Part shown: positions 10,088-20,461 of the stretch, piece by piece
How positions within the stretch are numbered: the first letter of the stretch is position 1
Layout of the letters: every line of letters begins with the position of its first letter
Source of the DNA: an uncultured Candidatus Saccharibacteria bacterium
GTDB lineage: Bacteria > Patescibacteriota > Minisyncoccia > Minisyncoccales > CAYUYO01
Assembly (NCBI GenBank): GCA_964449385.1
Contig: CAYUYO010000002.1
Location: 15,414-79,413 of the forward strand
Reading direction: 5' to 3'
Length of the DNA: 64,000 bases
The notes under the pieces: model-generated
Databases searched by the model: none
What the model saw: only the letters and a program-made list of their open reading frames with translations
Told to the model about the DNA's origin: nothing
Program-made: the position numbers and the translations under genes

Positions 10088-11347
10088 ATGGCAAACCAAT
10101 TTCTAATTCAAGGTGGAATTCCTCTTTCGGGAGAAGTAGAAATTTCAGGATATAAAAATGCTGCCGGCGCAATTTTGGCAGCTTCTTTATTAACCGAAGA
10201 ACAATCAATTATTGATAATCTACCATTGGTTACCGATGTTTTGAACCAGATTGAAATCTTAAAAGAAATAGGAGTAGAAATTGAATGGATTGGAAAAAGA
10301 AAAATTAAAATAAATCCGGCTAATATCAATCCAGAGAAAATTCCTTATGAATTATTTGAAAAAATGAGAGTTTCTGTTTTATTGCTCGGTCCTTTTTTAT
10401 CAAGATTTAAAAAATTTAAAGTTCCTCATCCTGGTGGAGATAAAATTGGATTAAGGCCAATTTCAACTCATTTAGAAGCTTTAAAAGATTTCGGAGTAAA
10501 AATTGAAGAAAAAGAAGGATTTTATTATTTTGAAGCTCCGGAAAATCTAGAAACTAAAAAAATTGTTCTAAAAGAATTTTCGGTTACGGCTACCGAAAAT
10601 GCAATGATGTTGGCTGTTTTATCTAAAGGAAAAACAAAAATTGAAATTGCAGCAGCTGAGCCTCAAGTTCAAGATCTAGGAAAATTTTTACAAAGAATGG
10701 GAGCAAAAATTGAAGGTGTTGGAACTCATACTATTGAGATCGAAGGAAAAGAAAAATTATCCGGAGCTGAATTTTCAATTTGTCCCGATCCTTTAGAAGC
10801 TGGAATTTTTTTAATTGCTCTGGCAATAACTGAAGGAGAAGGAAAAATTAAAAATGTAAATCCTGAATATTTAACAATGTTTTTGGAAAAAATGAAAGAT
10901 ATAGGAGTAAATTTTGAAATTGGTGAAAATGAAATTTTAGTAAAGAAATCAAACATATTTAAACCTACAAAAATCCAGGTTTTACCATATCCTGGTTTCC
11001 CTACTGATTTACAACCTCAAACTTCAGTTTTATTAACCCAAGCTCAAGGAAAAAGCTTAATCCACGATCCTCTTTACGAAAATCGTTTTCAACATTTACA
11101 CGAACTAAGAAAAATGGGAGCAGATATTGAAATTACCGACCCTCACCGAGCTTTAGTTTTTGGAAAACAAGAACTTACCGGAAATAAAATAGAAACTACC
11201 GATATTAGATCGGGAGCTGCCTTAATTTTAGCTGGATTAATTGCAAAAGAAAAAACCTTAATTGAAAATATTTCTCAAATTGAAAGAGGGCATGAAAAGA
11301 TTGAGGAAAAGTTAAGAAATCTTGGAGCTAATATTGAAAAATTATAA
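10088..11347 (+). CDS. murA: UDP-N-acetylglucosamine 1-carboxyvinyltransferase (active-site Cys replaced by Asp)
   Basis: SGYKNAAGAILAASLL N-terminus, HPGGDKIGLRPISTH active-site loop, 419 aa. Confidence 0.95.
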   Translation: MANQFLIQGGIPLSGEVEISGYKNAAGAILAASLLTEEQSIIDNLPLVTDVLNQIEILKEIGVEIEWIGKRKIKINPANINPEKIPYELFEKMRVSVLLLGPFLSRFKKFKVPHPGGDKIGLRPISTHLEALKDFGVKIEEKEGFYYFEAPENLETKKIVLKEFSVTATENAMMLAVLSKGKTKIEIAAAEPQVQDLGKFLQRMGAKIEGVGTHTIEIEGKEKLSGAEFSICPDPLEAGIFLIALAITEGEGKIKNVNPEYLTMFLEKMKDIGVNFEIGENEILVKKSNIFKPTKIQVLPYPGFPTDLQPQTSVLLTQAQGKSLIHDPLYENRFQHLHELRKMGADIEITDPHRALVFGKQELTGNKIETTDIRSGAALILAGLIAKEKTLIENISQIERGHEKIEEKLRNLGANIEKL

Positions 11348-12205
11348 ATGATCGTTTAGAGCCTTCTTCAAGTTTACTTGTTTTTCTTTTTTTGATAAAT
11401 TAAGTCTATTAAGTACCGCTTCTTCGTAAGTCGGTTTTTTTATTTTATAAAAAATTCCAATTGGAATTTTTTTTGTTTCATCAATATAATCCCATTCCTT
11501 AATTTTTTCTTGAGCTTCTTTTAAAGAAGTAAAATCGTGCTTCTTTAATTCATAAACTCGTTCCTGATAAAATTGATAATTATTGAAAAATGAAACGCAG
11601 GGCTGAAGAATCTCTATAAAAGAAAAACCTTTATGTTTTATTCCCTCTATGATTAAATTTTCAAGGTGTTCTATTTTAGCGGAATAGCCTCTAGCTATAA
11701 AAGTAGCTTTTGAAGATAATATTATTTCCAAGGGATTAAATGGTGTTTCAATATTCCCCTCAGGACTTGATACTCCTTTAAACCCCTTTGGACTAGTAGC
11801 TGTAAATTGACCGGTAGTCAAAGCAAAATTTCTGTTATCGCTAACTAAAACAGTAATATCATTATTTCTTTTTGCAGCATGAATAAGGTGAGAAATTCCC
11901 TCATTATAAGAGCCACCGTCTCCTGAAAAAACAATAACTTTTAGGTTAATATTGGCTAATTTTATACCCTGTGCCGAAGTAATTGGTCTCCCATGAAGAG
12001 AAGTAAAACTATTTAAATTTAAATAATCAGTGATTTTACTATTACAGCCAATACCAGATACAACAACAACATTTTCTCTGGGCATTCCTTTCTTCTCTAA
12101 AGAAATAATAGCTTGTTTAAAAGCTTGTAAAATTCCAAAGTTTCCGCAACCAGGACACCAAGTATTTTCACAATATGTGTTTAGTCCTGTATTATTCTTT
12201 TTCAT
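11342..12205 (-). CDS. 2-oxoacid:ferredoxin oxidoreductase, beta (TPP-binding) subunit
   Basis: WCPGCGNFGIL and GDGG TPP-binding motifs; 4-nt overlap with the alpha subunit gene. Confidence 0.9.
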   Translation of the reverse strand: MKKNNTGLNTYCENTWCPGCGNFGILQAFKQAIISLEKKGMPRENVVVVSGIGCNSKITDYLNLNSFTSLHGRPITSAQGIKLANINLKVIVFSGDGGSYNEGISHLIHAAKRNNDITVLVSDNRNFALTTGQFTATSPKGFKGVSSPEGNIETPFNPLEIILSSKATFIARGYSAKIEHLENLIIEGIKHKGFSFIEILQPCVSFFNNYQFYQERVYELKKHDFTSLKEAQEKIKEWDYIDETKKIPIGIFYKIKKPTYEEAVLNRLNLSKKEKQVNLKKALNDHL

Positions 12206-13857
12206 AAGATTTTACTTATTTTTTCTCTTAATTCTTCCGGTAAAAACGGTCTGCCGTTATATTTCAAAATCCTCTCGTTTGGTTTTATTCCATAACAGTT
12301 CAGGACTTTTTCCATTTGCCCTAAAGCATTCAGTTCTACGGAAATTAATTTTTTTACTCCTTTCAGGGCTTTCTTCATTTGTTTTTCCGGAAAAGGTTCA
12401 ACAATTATAGGTTGAATTAACTTAATGTTTAATTCCTCTACTATTTCTTTAACCGGACCAATAGTTGAACCCCAAGCAACAATCGCTTTTTCCGAAGTCT
12501 TGTTACCGTAAACTTCAACTGCTTTTAATTTTTCAACTTCTTCTCTCATACTTTGAAACTTTCTTAATCTTTTTAACTGCATTTTTTCTACTGCTTTTTC
12601 ATCATCCACAGTAATCCCGAATTCATCATGTTCATAACTGTTTGCTTTTGAAACTATATTTTTCTGACCGGGAAAAGCCAAAGGCGAAATACCATTTTTA
12701 GTAATTCTATATCTTTTATATTCTTTTTCCTTATGCCATAATAAAGGCTTTTCGTATTTTATATTTTCTAATAAATTCTTGTTAAAAGAAAATGTACTTT
12801 CTGAAATCTCTTTATCAACTAATAGAATTGATGGGGTTTGATATTTCCAACAAAGATTTAGAGCTTTACCTGCCCAGAAAAAAGATTGCTCAGCGTCTCC
12901 CGGAGCTATTACAAATCTTAAGAAATCGCCATGACCTGCAGTTAATGTAAAAAGTAAATCTGACTGAGCGGTGCAGGTGGGAACACCGGAAGCCGGAGAC
13001 ATTCTCTGACTTTCTATAATTAAAATTGGCGTTTCGCTCTGAGCAGCTAAACTTAATGCTTCAACCATTAAGGCAAAACCGCCCCCTGAAGTTCCAACCG
13101 CTGTTCTGGCTCCGGCAAACGCTCCCCCGATAGCTGTATTTATAACTGATATTTCGTTTTCAAACTGACAGGCGCTAATATTAAAATACTTCTGATGAGA
13201 AACTAAATAATGTAAAATACCCGTTGCCGGAGTCATAGGATAGGCAATATATAAATCCAAATCTGCTTTTATCATCCCCAAAGATATTGCTTCATTTCCG
13301 CTTAAAAGAGGTAATATCTGTTTTTCAACTTTATCAATCTTTATTAAATTCTTGGTTTCGTTATAAGTTTTTCTTGCTATTTTTAAGTTTAAATCTATTC
13401 CTTTTTTAATTTCTTTTTTTAAAACTTTCTCAAGAATTTTCCTCTCCACACCAATAATTTTAGCAAAAGCGGAAATCAAAGCTGTATTTGCCATAATAGA
13501 AATTCCCCCCAACTCTCTTACAGTAGTTTCAATAGGTACTCCAATTCCTTGTTTTTCTTTAATTTTATCACTATTGTAAATAATTATTCCATTATCTGCT
13601 AAATCGTTTTTATGTTTCTCTATGGTTTTTTTATCCAAAGCCAAAAGAAAATCTATCTTAAGTCTCTGAGATAAAACTTGCTTTTCCGAAACTCTAATCT
13701 TAGAAAAATTATGACCTCCTTTAATTAGAGATTGATAATCATCATAAATAAAAATTCTATATCCCAATTGGTTGAAGAGTTTTGCAATAATTAAGCCTGC
13801 TCTTCTTGAACCTTGTCCTGCCTGACCTCCTATTAAAATGGAATAATCTTTTTTCAT
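12202..13857 (-). CDS. 2-oxoacid:ferredoxin oxidoreductase, fused gamma/alpha subunit
   Basis: N-terminal gamma-like GGQAGQG segment followed by an alpha-subunit core (YPMTPAT, GTSGGGFALM); 551 aa. Confidence 0.9.
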   Translation of the reverse strand: MKKDYSILIGGQAGQGSRRAGLIIAKLFNQLGYRIFIYDDYQSLIKGGHNFSKIRVSEKQVLSQRLKIDFLLALDKKTIEKHKNDLADNGIIIYNSDKIKEKQGIGVPIETTVRELGGISIMANTALISAFAKIIGVERKILEKVLKKEIKKGIDLNLKIARKTYNETKNLIKIDKVEKQILPLLSGNEAISLGMIKADLDLYIAYPMTPATGILHYLVSHQKYFNISACQFENEISVINTAIGGAFAGARTAVGTSGGGFALMVEALSLAAQSETPILIIESQRMSPASGVPTCTAQSDLLFTLTAGHGDFLRFVIAPGDAEQSFFWAGKALNLCWKYQTPSILLVDKEISESTFSFNKNLLENIKYEKPLLWHKEKEYKRYRITKNGISPLAFPGQKNIVSKANSYEHDEFGITVDDEKAVEKMQLKRLRKFQSMREEVEKLKAVEVYGNKTSEKAIVAWGSTIGPVKEIVEELNIKLIQPIIVEPFPEKQMKKALKGVKKLISVELNALGQMEKVLNCYGIKPNERILKYNGRPFLPEELREKISKIL

Positions 13858-13861
13858 ATTT

Positions 13862-15664
13862 TTATTCTACAGTTACTGATTTTGCTAAATTTCTTGGTTT
13901 ATCAATATCACGGTCAAGCGAAGCAGCTAAATAATAAGCAAAAAGATGTAAAGGAATAACAGATAAAATAGGCGTCAGCATTTCCAAGGTTTTGGGAATA
14001 TAAATTACATCATCAACCATCTTTTTGATTTCCTCGTTGCCTTCGGTAGCTATGGCAATAATTGGTCCTTTTCTAGTTTTTATTTCATCAATACTGGAAA
14101 TCATTTTTTCATAAACTGAATCTGAAGGACAAATAGCAATAGTAGGAAAATTTTCATCAATTAAGGCTATATGGCCATGTTTTAATTCCCCTCCTTCCAG
14201 TCCTTCGGCATGAAGATAAGAAATTTCTTTCAATTTTAAAGCTCCTTCTAAAGCAATAGGATAATTATACTTTCTGCCAATAAAGCAGAAATTCTTAAAA
14301 TCTTTATATTTTTTAGCTATTTTTTCAATTTCCGGAGCTAACTTTAAAACTTCTCTGGCTAAATTTGGAAGATTGGAAAGTTCAGAAACAATTCTCTTGC
14401 CCATTACTAAAGCCATTTCTCTTTGCCTCCCTAAATATAAAGTTACCATGGCTAAGATTGTCAATTGTCCCAAGAATGCTTTAGAAGAAGCAACCGCAAT
14501 TTCCGGTCCTGACCGTGTATAAATTCCGGCGTCAGTTTCTCTGGCCTGACTAGAACCAACAACATTAGTAATACCTATAGTCAGAATACCTTTCTTTTTC
14601 ATTTCTCTTAAGGCAGCTAATGTATCAGCCGTTTCTCCAGACTGAGAAACAAAAATGGTCGCAGTGTTTTTATTAATTACTGGCTTTCGATAACGAAATT
14701 CTGAGCTTATGTCGGCTTCGGTAGAAATACCGACATATTCTTCCAACATATATTTTCCAACTTTAGCAGCATAGCTAGCTGTTCCACAAGCTATTAAAAT
14801 TAATTTGTTAATTTTCCTTAATCTCTCCTGAATTTCATCTAATCCGCCCAATCTTACCGAACCCTCTTTAATCATTAATCTGCCTCTGATAGCATTTTCA
14901 ATAGCTTCTGGCTCTTCCATTATTTCTTTTAACATAAAATGGGCATAGCCTCCTTTTTCTGCCTCTTCTATTTTCCATTCAATGGTTTCTAATGGCTTTT
15001 CTTTCAAAATAAAAAAATCATCGGGTTTTAAAACAGCGATTTCGTTATCATCTAAATTTATAATTTGTCTAGTATGAGTAATAATAGCAGCCGGATCAGA
15101 AGCAACTAAAAATTCATCTTTATTTATTCCCAAAATTAAAGGTGAGGAAAAGCGAGCAGCAACAATTTTTTGTGGGTCTTTTTTTGAAATTACTGCTATA
15201 CCGTAAGTCCCCCTTACTTCTCTCAGAGCTTTTCTGACTGCTTCTTCTAAGTTATCTCGAAAATATTTTTCAATCAAATGACATAAAACCTCGCTGTCAG
15301 TTTCAGAAGTAAATTTATGGCCTTCTTTAATTAACTTATCTTTTAATTCCTGATAATTTTCAATAATGCCATTATGAACTAAAAAAATGTTTTTCTGGCA
15401 ATCAAAATGAGGATGGGAATTAGCTTCGGTAACTTCACCAGTAGTAGCCCACCTTGTATGAGCAATACCAATTTCTCCTGAAGGATTTGGGAAATTTTGT
15501 TCAAATTCAGAAATTTTTCCAACTTTTTTAAATAAAAACGGCTCATTTTTATTCAAAATAGAAAAACCGAAGCTGTCATAGCCCCGATACTCTAATCTTT
15601 TTAATCCTGAAAGTAAAACTGGAAAAGCTGGCTTTTTGCCGATATAACCTATAATTCCACACAT
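13862..15664 (-). CDS. glmS: glutamine--fructose-6-phosphate aminotransferase
   Basis: N-terminal nucleophile MCGIIGY, two SIS domains, C-terminal LAKSVTVE. Confidence 0.97.
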   Translation of the reverse strand: MCGIIGYIGKKPAFPVLLSGLKRLEYRGYDSFGFSILNKNEPFLFKKVGKISEFEQNFPNPSGEIGIAHTRWATTGEVTEANSHPHFDCQKNIFLVHNGIIENYQELKDKLIKEGHKFTSETDSEVLCHLIEKYFRDNLEEAVRKALREVRGTYGIAVISKKDPQKIVAARFSSPLILGINKDEFLVASDPAAIITHTRQIINLDDNEIAVLKPDDFFILKEKPLETIEWKIEEAEKGGYAHFMLKEIMEEPEAIENAIRGRLMIKEGSVRLGGLDEIQERLRKINKLILIACGTASYAAKVGKYMLEEYVGISTEADISSEFRYRKPVINKNTATIFVSQSGETADTLAALREMKKKGILTIGITNVVGSSQARETDAGIYTRSGPEIAVASSKAFLGQLTILAMVTLYLGRQREMALVMGKRIVSELSNLPNLAREVLKLAPEIEKIAKKYKDFKNFCFIGRKYNYPIALEGALKLKEISYLHAEGLEGGELKHGHIALIDENFPTIAICPSDSVYEKMISSIDEIKTRKGPIIAIATEGNEEIKKMVDDVIYIPKTLEMLTPILSVIPLHLFAYYLAASLDRDIDKPRNLAKSVTVE

Positions 15665-15668
15665 AAAA

Positions 15669-18110
15669 TTATATTACTATATTTATAAGTTTTCTGGGGA
15701 CAAAGATAATTTTCTTTATTTTTTTATCCTCTATCCAATTTTTAACTTTTTCTCGGGAAATTGCAAGTTTCTCAGCTTCATTTTTGGAGATATCAATCTG
15801 AACTTCAACTTTATCTCTTACTTTACCATTAACTTGAATAACTAAAATCGTCATTTCTTCTTCAATCAGTTTCGGGTCATATTTCGGCCAAGGTTGTGAA
15901 AAAACGCTTTTTTTGTTACCTAATTTCTGCCAAATTTCCTCTACGATATGAGGAGTCATCGGAGATAGAAGAATAATTAATAATTGATAGTTGATAACTG
16001 ATAATTTTTCTTGTTTTTCCATCTCATTAACTAAAATCATCAAAGCTGAAACAGCGGTATTGAATTTGAAGCTTTTAATATCTTCTGTAACTTTCTTAAT
16101 CGTCTTATGTAATAGTTTTTCTAATTTATAATTCTTAATTCCTAATTTATAATCCACTTTATTTTGTAAAGTCCACACTTTGTTTAGAAGCCTACAACAA
16201 CCAATTACTCCTTCATCTGACCATTCGGTAGCCTGATCAGCAGGCCCCATAAAAAGTTCATAGAGTCGCATAGTATCAGCTCCGAATTTTTGAATTATAT
16301 AATCAGGAGTAACTACATTACCTTTAGATTTAGACATTTTTGTCCCGTGCCTATAAATTATACCTTGATTAAATAATTTCGAAAACGGTTCATTAAAAGA
16401 AATTAATTTTTTGTCAAAAAGAAATTTAGTAAAAAAACGAGCATACAAAAGATGTAAAGTAGCGTGTTCGGCTCCTCCAATATATAAATCAACCGGCAGC
16501 CAATTTTTAATCCTAAGTTTATTAAAGGGTTCTTTTCTATTTTTAGAATCAGCATATCTTAAAAAATACCAAGAAGAACAAACAAAAGTATCTAAAGTAT
16601 CAGTTTCTCTTTTTGCCGGAGAACCGCATTTAGGACATTTAACTTCAATAAATTTTATTGATTTAGCTAAAGGACTTTTTCCTTCACCAGTTGGTTTAAA
16701 ATTCTTGATTTTTGGAAGCTGTACTGGTAAATCTTTTATTGGAACCGGCACTTTCCCGCATTTTGAACAATAAATTATTGGAATAGGAGATCCCCAATAA
16801 CGTTGTCTGGAAATCAACCAATCTTTTAATTTATAGCAAACTTCTTTTCTCCCGAGTTCTCGTTTCTTTAAATATTTTATTATTTCTTCTCTTGCTTCAG
16901 CAGAACTTAATTCTGAAAAAGGTCCGGAATTAGTTAAAATACCATCTTCTTCAAAAGCTTCTTTCTCGATTGATGACTTTCCATTAATTGATTTAATAAC
17001 TTCAAGAATCGGCAAGCCCTGATTTTTAGCAAAAACAAAATCTCTTTGATCGTGAGCAGGAACAGCCATAATAGCACCTGTACCATATTCCATTAATACA
17101 TAGTCGCCAATAAAAATTGGCACTTCTTTATTATTAATCGGATTAATTGCTGTTATATCCTTTAATTCTATTCCTGTTTTTTCTTTGTCTCTTGATAATC
17201 TTTCAATTTCTGTTTTCTTTTTTGACTTTTCAATATATTTTTGAACTTCTTTGAAATTGGAAATTTGAAGCTTAAAATTTTGTAAAATAGGATGTTCTGG
17301 TGCAATCACCATATAAGTACAACCAAACAACGTATCCGCCCGTGTTGTGAATACAGGAATTTCCAAAGACGAATCCTGAATTTTAAACTTAATAGTTGTT
17401 CCTGCCGATCGACCAATCCAGTTTCTCTGCATTGTTTTAATTTTTTCGGGCCAATTAACTTCATCTAAATCGTTCAATAATCTTTCAGCATAATTAGTAA
17501 TTCTTAAAAACCATTGTTTTAAATATCTTCTTTCAACTAAACTGCCACATCTTTCGCATTTCCCGTCAATTACCTGTTCGTTGGCTAAAACAGTTTTACA
17601 GGAAGGACAAAAATTTACAGCCGCTTCTTTTTGATAAGCTAAACCTGCATTATAAAATTGTAAAAACATCCATTGAGTCCATTTATAATATTCCGGTTCC
17701 GCAGAACAAATTTCTCTTTCCCAATCATAACCAAAACCGGCAGAAATAAGCTGTTTTTTAATATTAGTAATTGCTTTTTTAGTAGAAATAGCTGGATGAA
17801 TACCAGTCTTAATAGCAAAATTTTCTGCTGGTAAACCAAAAGCATCCCAGCCCATAGGATGAAGACAATTAAATCCTTCCATTATTTTCTTTTTGGTAAT
17901 TAAATCAGAAAAAGTATAGCCTCTTAAATGACCAACATGAATCCCTTCTGCTGAAGGATAAGGAAACATATCCAAGCAATAAAACTTTGGTTTTTTGGAT
18001 TTATCCAAAGCTCTAAATAATTTCAACTTATCCCATTGTTTTTGCCATTTTTTCTCTATTTTTTGCGGATTATATTCCATATTTTTAGATGGCGAATAGT
18101 TTTTTAGCAT
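15669..18110 (-). CDS. leuS: leucyl-tRNA synthetase
   Basis: PYPSAEGIHVGHLRGY (HIGH), GTKMSKSKGN (KMSKS), CP1 editing region; 813 aa. Confidence 0.97.
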   Translation of the reverse strand: MLKNYSPSKNMEYNPQKIEKKWQKQWDKLKLFRALDKSKKPKFYCLDMFPYPSAEGIHVGHLRGYTFSDLITKKKIMEGFNCLHPMGWDAFGLPAENFAIKTGIHPAISTKKAITNIKKQLISAGFGYDWEREICSAEPEYYKWTQWMFLQFYNAGLAYQKEAAVNFCPSCKTVLANEQVIDGKCERCGSLVERRYLKQWFLRITNYAERLLNDLDEVNWPEKIKTMQRNWIGRSAGTTIKFKIQDSSLEIPVFTTRADTLFGCTYMVIAPEHPILQNFKLQISNFKEVQKYIEKSKKKTEIERLSRDKEKTGIELKDITAINPINNKEVPIFIGDYVLMEYGTGAIMAVPAHDQRDFVFAKNQGLPILEVIKSINGKSSIEKEAFEEDGILTNSGPFSELSSAEAREEIIKYLKKRELGRKEVCYKLKDWLISRQRYWGSPIPIIYCSKCGKVPVPIKDLPVQLPKIKNFKPTGEGKSPLAKSIKFIEVKCPKCGSPAKRETDTLDTFVCSSWYFLRYADSKNRKEPFNKLRIKNWLPVDLYIGGAEHATLHLLYARFFTKFLFDKKLISFNEPFSKLFNQGIIYRHGTKMSKSKGNVVTPDYIIQKFGADTMRLYELFMGPADQATEWSDEGVIGCCRLLNKVWTLQNKVDYKLGIKNYKLEKLLHKTIKKVTEDIKSFKFNTAVSALMILVNEMEKQEKLSVINYQLLIILLSPMTPHIVEEIWQKLGNKKSVFSQPWPKYDPKLIEEEMTILVIQVNGKVRDKVEVQIDISKNEAEKLAISREKVKNWIEDKKIKKIIFVPRKLINIVI

Positions 18111-18921
18111 TTTTAGTAGTAATTTCAGCTATTTCTTCATAACTCATATTTTTAATTTGAGCAATTTTTTCAGCAACATATTTCACATATAAAGGTTCAT
18201 TTCTACCTTTAATTTGAGGCGGAGTTAAATAGGGACAGTCAGTTTCAATCAAAATTTTATCTAAAGGAGTTTTCTTGATTATTTCCATAAAGTCAATTCC
18301 CTCAATTTTTTTGAAAATTATTCCGTTAAATCCGAGATAAAAACCCATTTTCAAATACTTTTCTGCCTGCTCAAAGTTTCCGGTAAAACAGTGAATTACT
18401 CCTTTTAGATTAGAGAAAGCAGGTCTTTGTAAAATTTCTAAAAGGTCTTGATGAGCCATTCGGCAATGAAAGATTATTGGAAGGTTTAATTCTTTTGCTA
18501 ATTTCAACTGCTTTAAAAAACTTTCTTTTTGTTTTTCTTTAAAAAGTTCTAATTTTTTCTTTGTTTTCGGTCGGTAATAGTAATCTAAACCAATTTCACC
18601 AATAGCTTTTACCTTTTTAGATTTAGCTAAGCTCTTGTATTTTTCTTCATCAAATTCTTCTTCTCTGGTTTGAAATTCTATTTCTTCTTTATTTATTTTT
18701 GTTTTAAAAATTCCTGCTGACAGGTGGATAGGATGAATACCGACAGCAGCATAAATTCCCTTTTCATATCTCTCGGCAATCTCTACCGCCTTTTTACTAG
18801 TTGTATATTGCGAACCAACGTTTATCATCCAAACATTATTTTCCAAACAATTTTTAATTACTTTGTCAAAATCTTCTTTAAAAGCAGTAAAATTTAAATG
18901 ACTATGAGTATCAATTAACAT
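18085..18921 (-). CDS. tatD: TatD-family metal-dependent hydrolase/DNase
   Basis: LIDTHSHL metal motif, GEIGLDYY, IETDCPYL. Confidence 0.9.
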   Translation of the reverse strand: MLIDTHSHLNFTAFKEDFDKVIKNCLENNVWMINVGSQYTTSKKAVEIAERYEKGIYAAVGIHPIHLSAGIFKTKINKEEIEFQTREEEFDEEKYKSLAKSKKVKAIGEIGLDYYYRPKTKKKLELFKEKQKESFLKQLKLAKELNLPIIFHCRMAHQDLLEILQRPAFSNLKGVIHCFTGNFEQAEKYLKMGFYLGFNGIIFKKIEGIDFMEIIKKTPLDKILIETDCPYLTPPQIKGRNEPLYVKYVAEKIAQIKNMSYEEIAEITTKNAKKLFAI

Positions 18922-18924
18922 AAG

Positions 18925-20376
18925 TTAAATTCGAGGAAATAAAACTCCACCTTTTCTTGTATTTAGTTGTTTTAATATTTTTTCTGACGTCTCGGGTAAA
19001 AATGGCTTCAGCATTTCAGCAATATTTTTTAAAGCGAATAATAAATTATTGATAATTGATAATTGTTTTTTGGATTTTTCCCAAGGTTTTTCTTTTTCAA
19101 TATAACGGTCACAAAAACTAATTAATTCCCAAATTGAAATTAAAGCTTCGTTAAACTCAAATTCATCTAAGGCTTTTCTATAATTTTTCCAAGCATTTTT
19201 AATCATCTTTTGAATATTTGGACTTGAGACTTGATTAAATACTGAATATTGAGATTTAGAGTTTATACTCCTTGCCATTGTTATTACTCGAGCAGTAAAG
19301 TTCCCTAAACCATTAGCTAAGTCAGCATTATAACGTTCTTCAAATTTTTGATAAGTAAAATCTCCATCCTCACTAGACGGAATTTCTCTTAAAAGAAAAT
19401 ATCTAACAGTATCTGTTCCATATTTTTCAACTAATCCAAAAGGGTCAATAACATTTCCCAAACTTTTTGACATTTTTTGCCCCTCAACAGTAATAAAACC
19501 ATGAATAAAAATAACCTTTGGAAGGGGTAACTTCAAAGAAAGAAGCATTCCTGGCCAAATTAAACAATGAAACTTTTGGATATCTTTACCTATACAATGG
19601 ACATCAACCGGCCAAAATTTCTGAAATTTCTTATTATTTTCCGTATATCCTAAAGCAGAAAGATAATTTACTAGGGCATCTCCCCAGACATAGATAGTCT
19701 GAGTATTATCTCCTGGCACAGGGATACCCCATTTTAAATATTTTCTGGAACGGGAAAAGCTAATATCTTCCAACCCCATTTTCAGAAAGCTCAGCATTTC
19801 ATTCTTGCGAGTCTGAGGAATTATTTTAATTTTGTTATTTTTAATTATTTTCTCAATTTTTTTTGAATACTTAGAAAGTTTAAAAAAATAATTTTCTTCT
19901 TCAACTGCTTGAGGTTTAGTTTGATGAATAACGCATTTTCCATTTTTTAAATCTTTTTTCGTAATAAAAGCCTCACATCCTGAACAATATAATCCCTTAT
20001 ATTTCTTTTTGTAAATATCATTATTCTTTTCTAATCTTAGCCAAACTTTTTGGACTACGGACCAATGTCTTTTTTTCTCAGTAGTTCGAATAAAATCATC
20101 GTTGGACAAATTTAAAATTTTTTTAAGAGCCCTAAACCTTGCTGAAATCTTATTACAAAATTCCCGCGGAGTTTTACCAACCTTTTCGGCCGATTTAACT
20201 ACTTTTTGTCCGTGTTCGTCCGTGCCAGTTAAGAAAAAAACATCGTTGCCTAAAATTCGATGATACCGAGCCAGAACGTCTGCTTGAATAATTTCTAATG
20301 CAAACCCCAAATGAGGAAATGAATTAGTATAAGCAATACTGCTGGTAATATAAAATTTTTTATTTTGTGCTGTCAT
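18925..20376 (-). CDS. metG: methionyl-tRNA synthetase (short form without C-terminal tRNA-binding appendix)
   Basis: FPHLGFALE (HIGH-type), QKMSKSLGN (KMSKS), zinc knuckle YCSGCEAF; 483 aa. Confidence 0.95.
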   Translation of the reverse strand: MTAQNKKFYITSSIAYTNSFPHLGFALEIIQADVLARYHRILGNDVFFLTGTDEHGQKVVKSAEKVGKTPREFCNKISARFRALKKILNLSNDDFIRTTEKKRHWSVVQKVWLRLEKNNDIYKKKYKGLYCSGCEAFITKKDLKNGKCVIHQTKPQAVEEENYFFKLSKYSKKIEKIIKNNKIKIIPQTRKNEMLSFLKMGLEDISFSRSRKYLKWGIPVPGDNTQTIYVWGDALVNYLSALGYTENNKKFQKFWPVDVHCIGKDIQKFHCLIWPGMLLSLKLPLPKVIFIHGFITVEGQKMSKSLGNVIDPFGLVEKYGTDTVRYFLLREIPSSEDGDFTYQKFEERYNADLANGLGNFTARVITMARSINSKSQYSVFNQVSSPNIQKMIKNAWKNYRKALDEFEFNEALISIWELISFCDRYIEKEKPWEKSKKQLSIINNLLFALKNIAEMLKPFLPETSEKILKQLNTRKGGVLFPRI

Positions 20377-20382
20377 AATTTA

Positions 20383-20403
20383 AAAAGAGGCTTAACCTCT
20401 TTT
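20383..20403 (-). terminator. candidate intrinsic terminator after the AI-2E-family gene
   Basis: Minus-strand hairpin AAAGAGG-TTAAG-CCTCTTT followed by TT. It sits between the upstream gene stop (20462) and the metG start (20376). The stem is short, so this is a weak call. Confidence 0.4.
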
Positions 20404-20461
20404 AATTTTAGCAAAAATTTATCTTAATTTAAAGCCTATTTTTTGTTCAATATATCTATTA

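Noticed and set aside
9966-10208. 80-aa minus-strand ORF spanning the yvcK start, the intergenic region and the murA start.
   Set aside because: It overlaps two well-supported divergent genes, its product has no motif, and it would leave no promoter space.
19041-19070. ATTGATAATTGATAATTG-type tandem motif in metG, and a similar TTGATAGTTGATAACTGATAA motif in leuS (about 15980-16005), considered as repeats.
   Set aside because: Both lie in-frame within well-supported coding sequence, antisense to Ile/Asn/Leu-rich peptide segments (LSIINNLL, LSVINYQL). They are codon-composition effects rather than functional DNA repeats.
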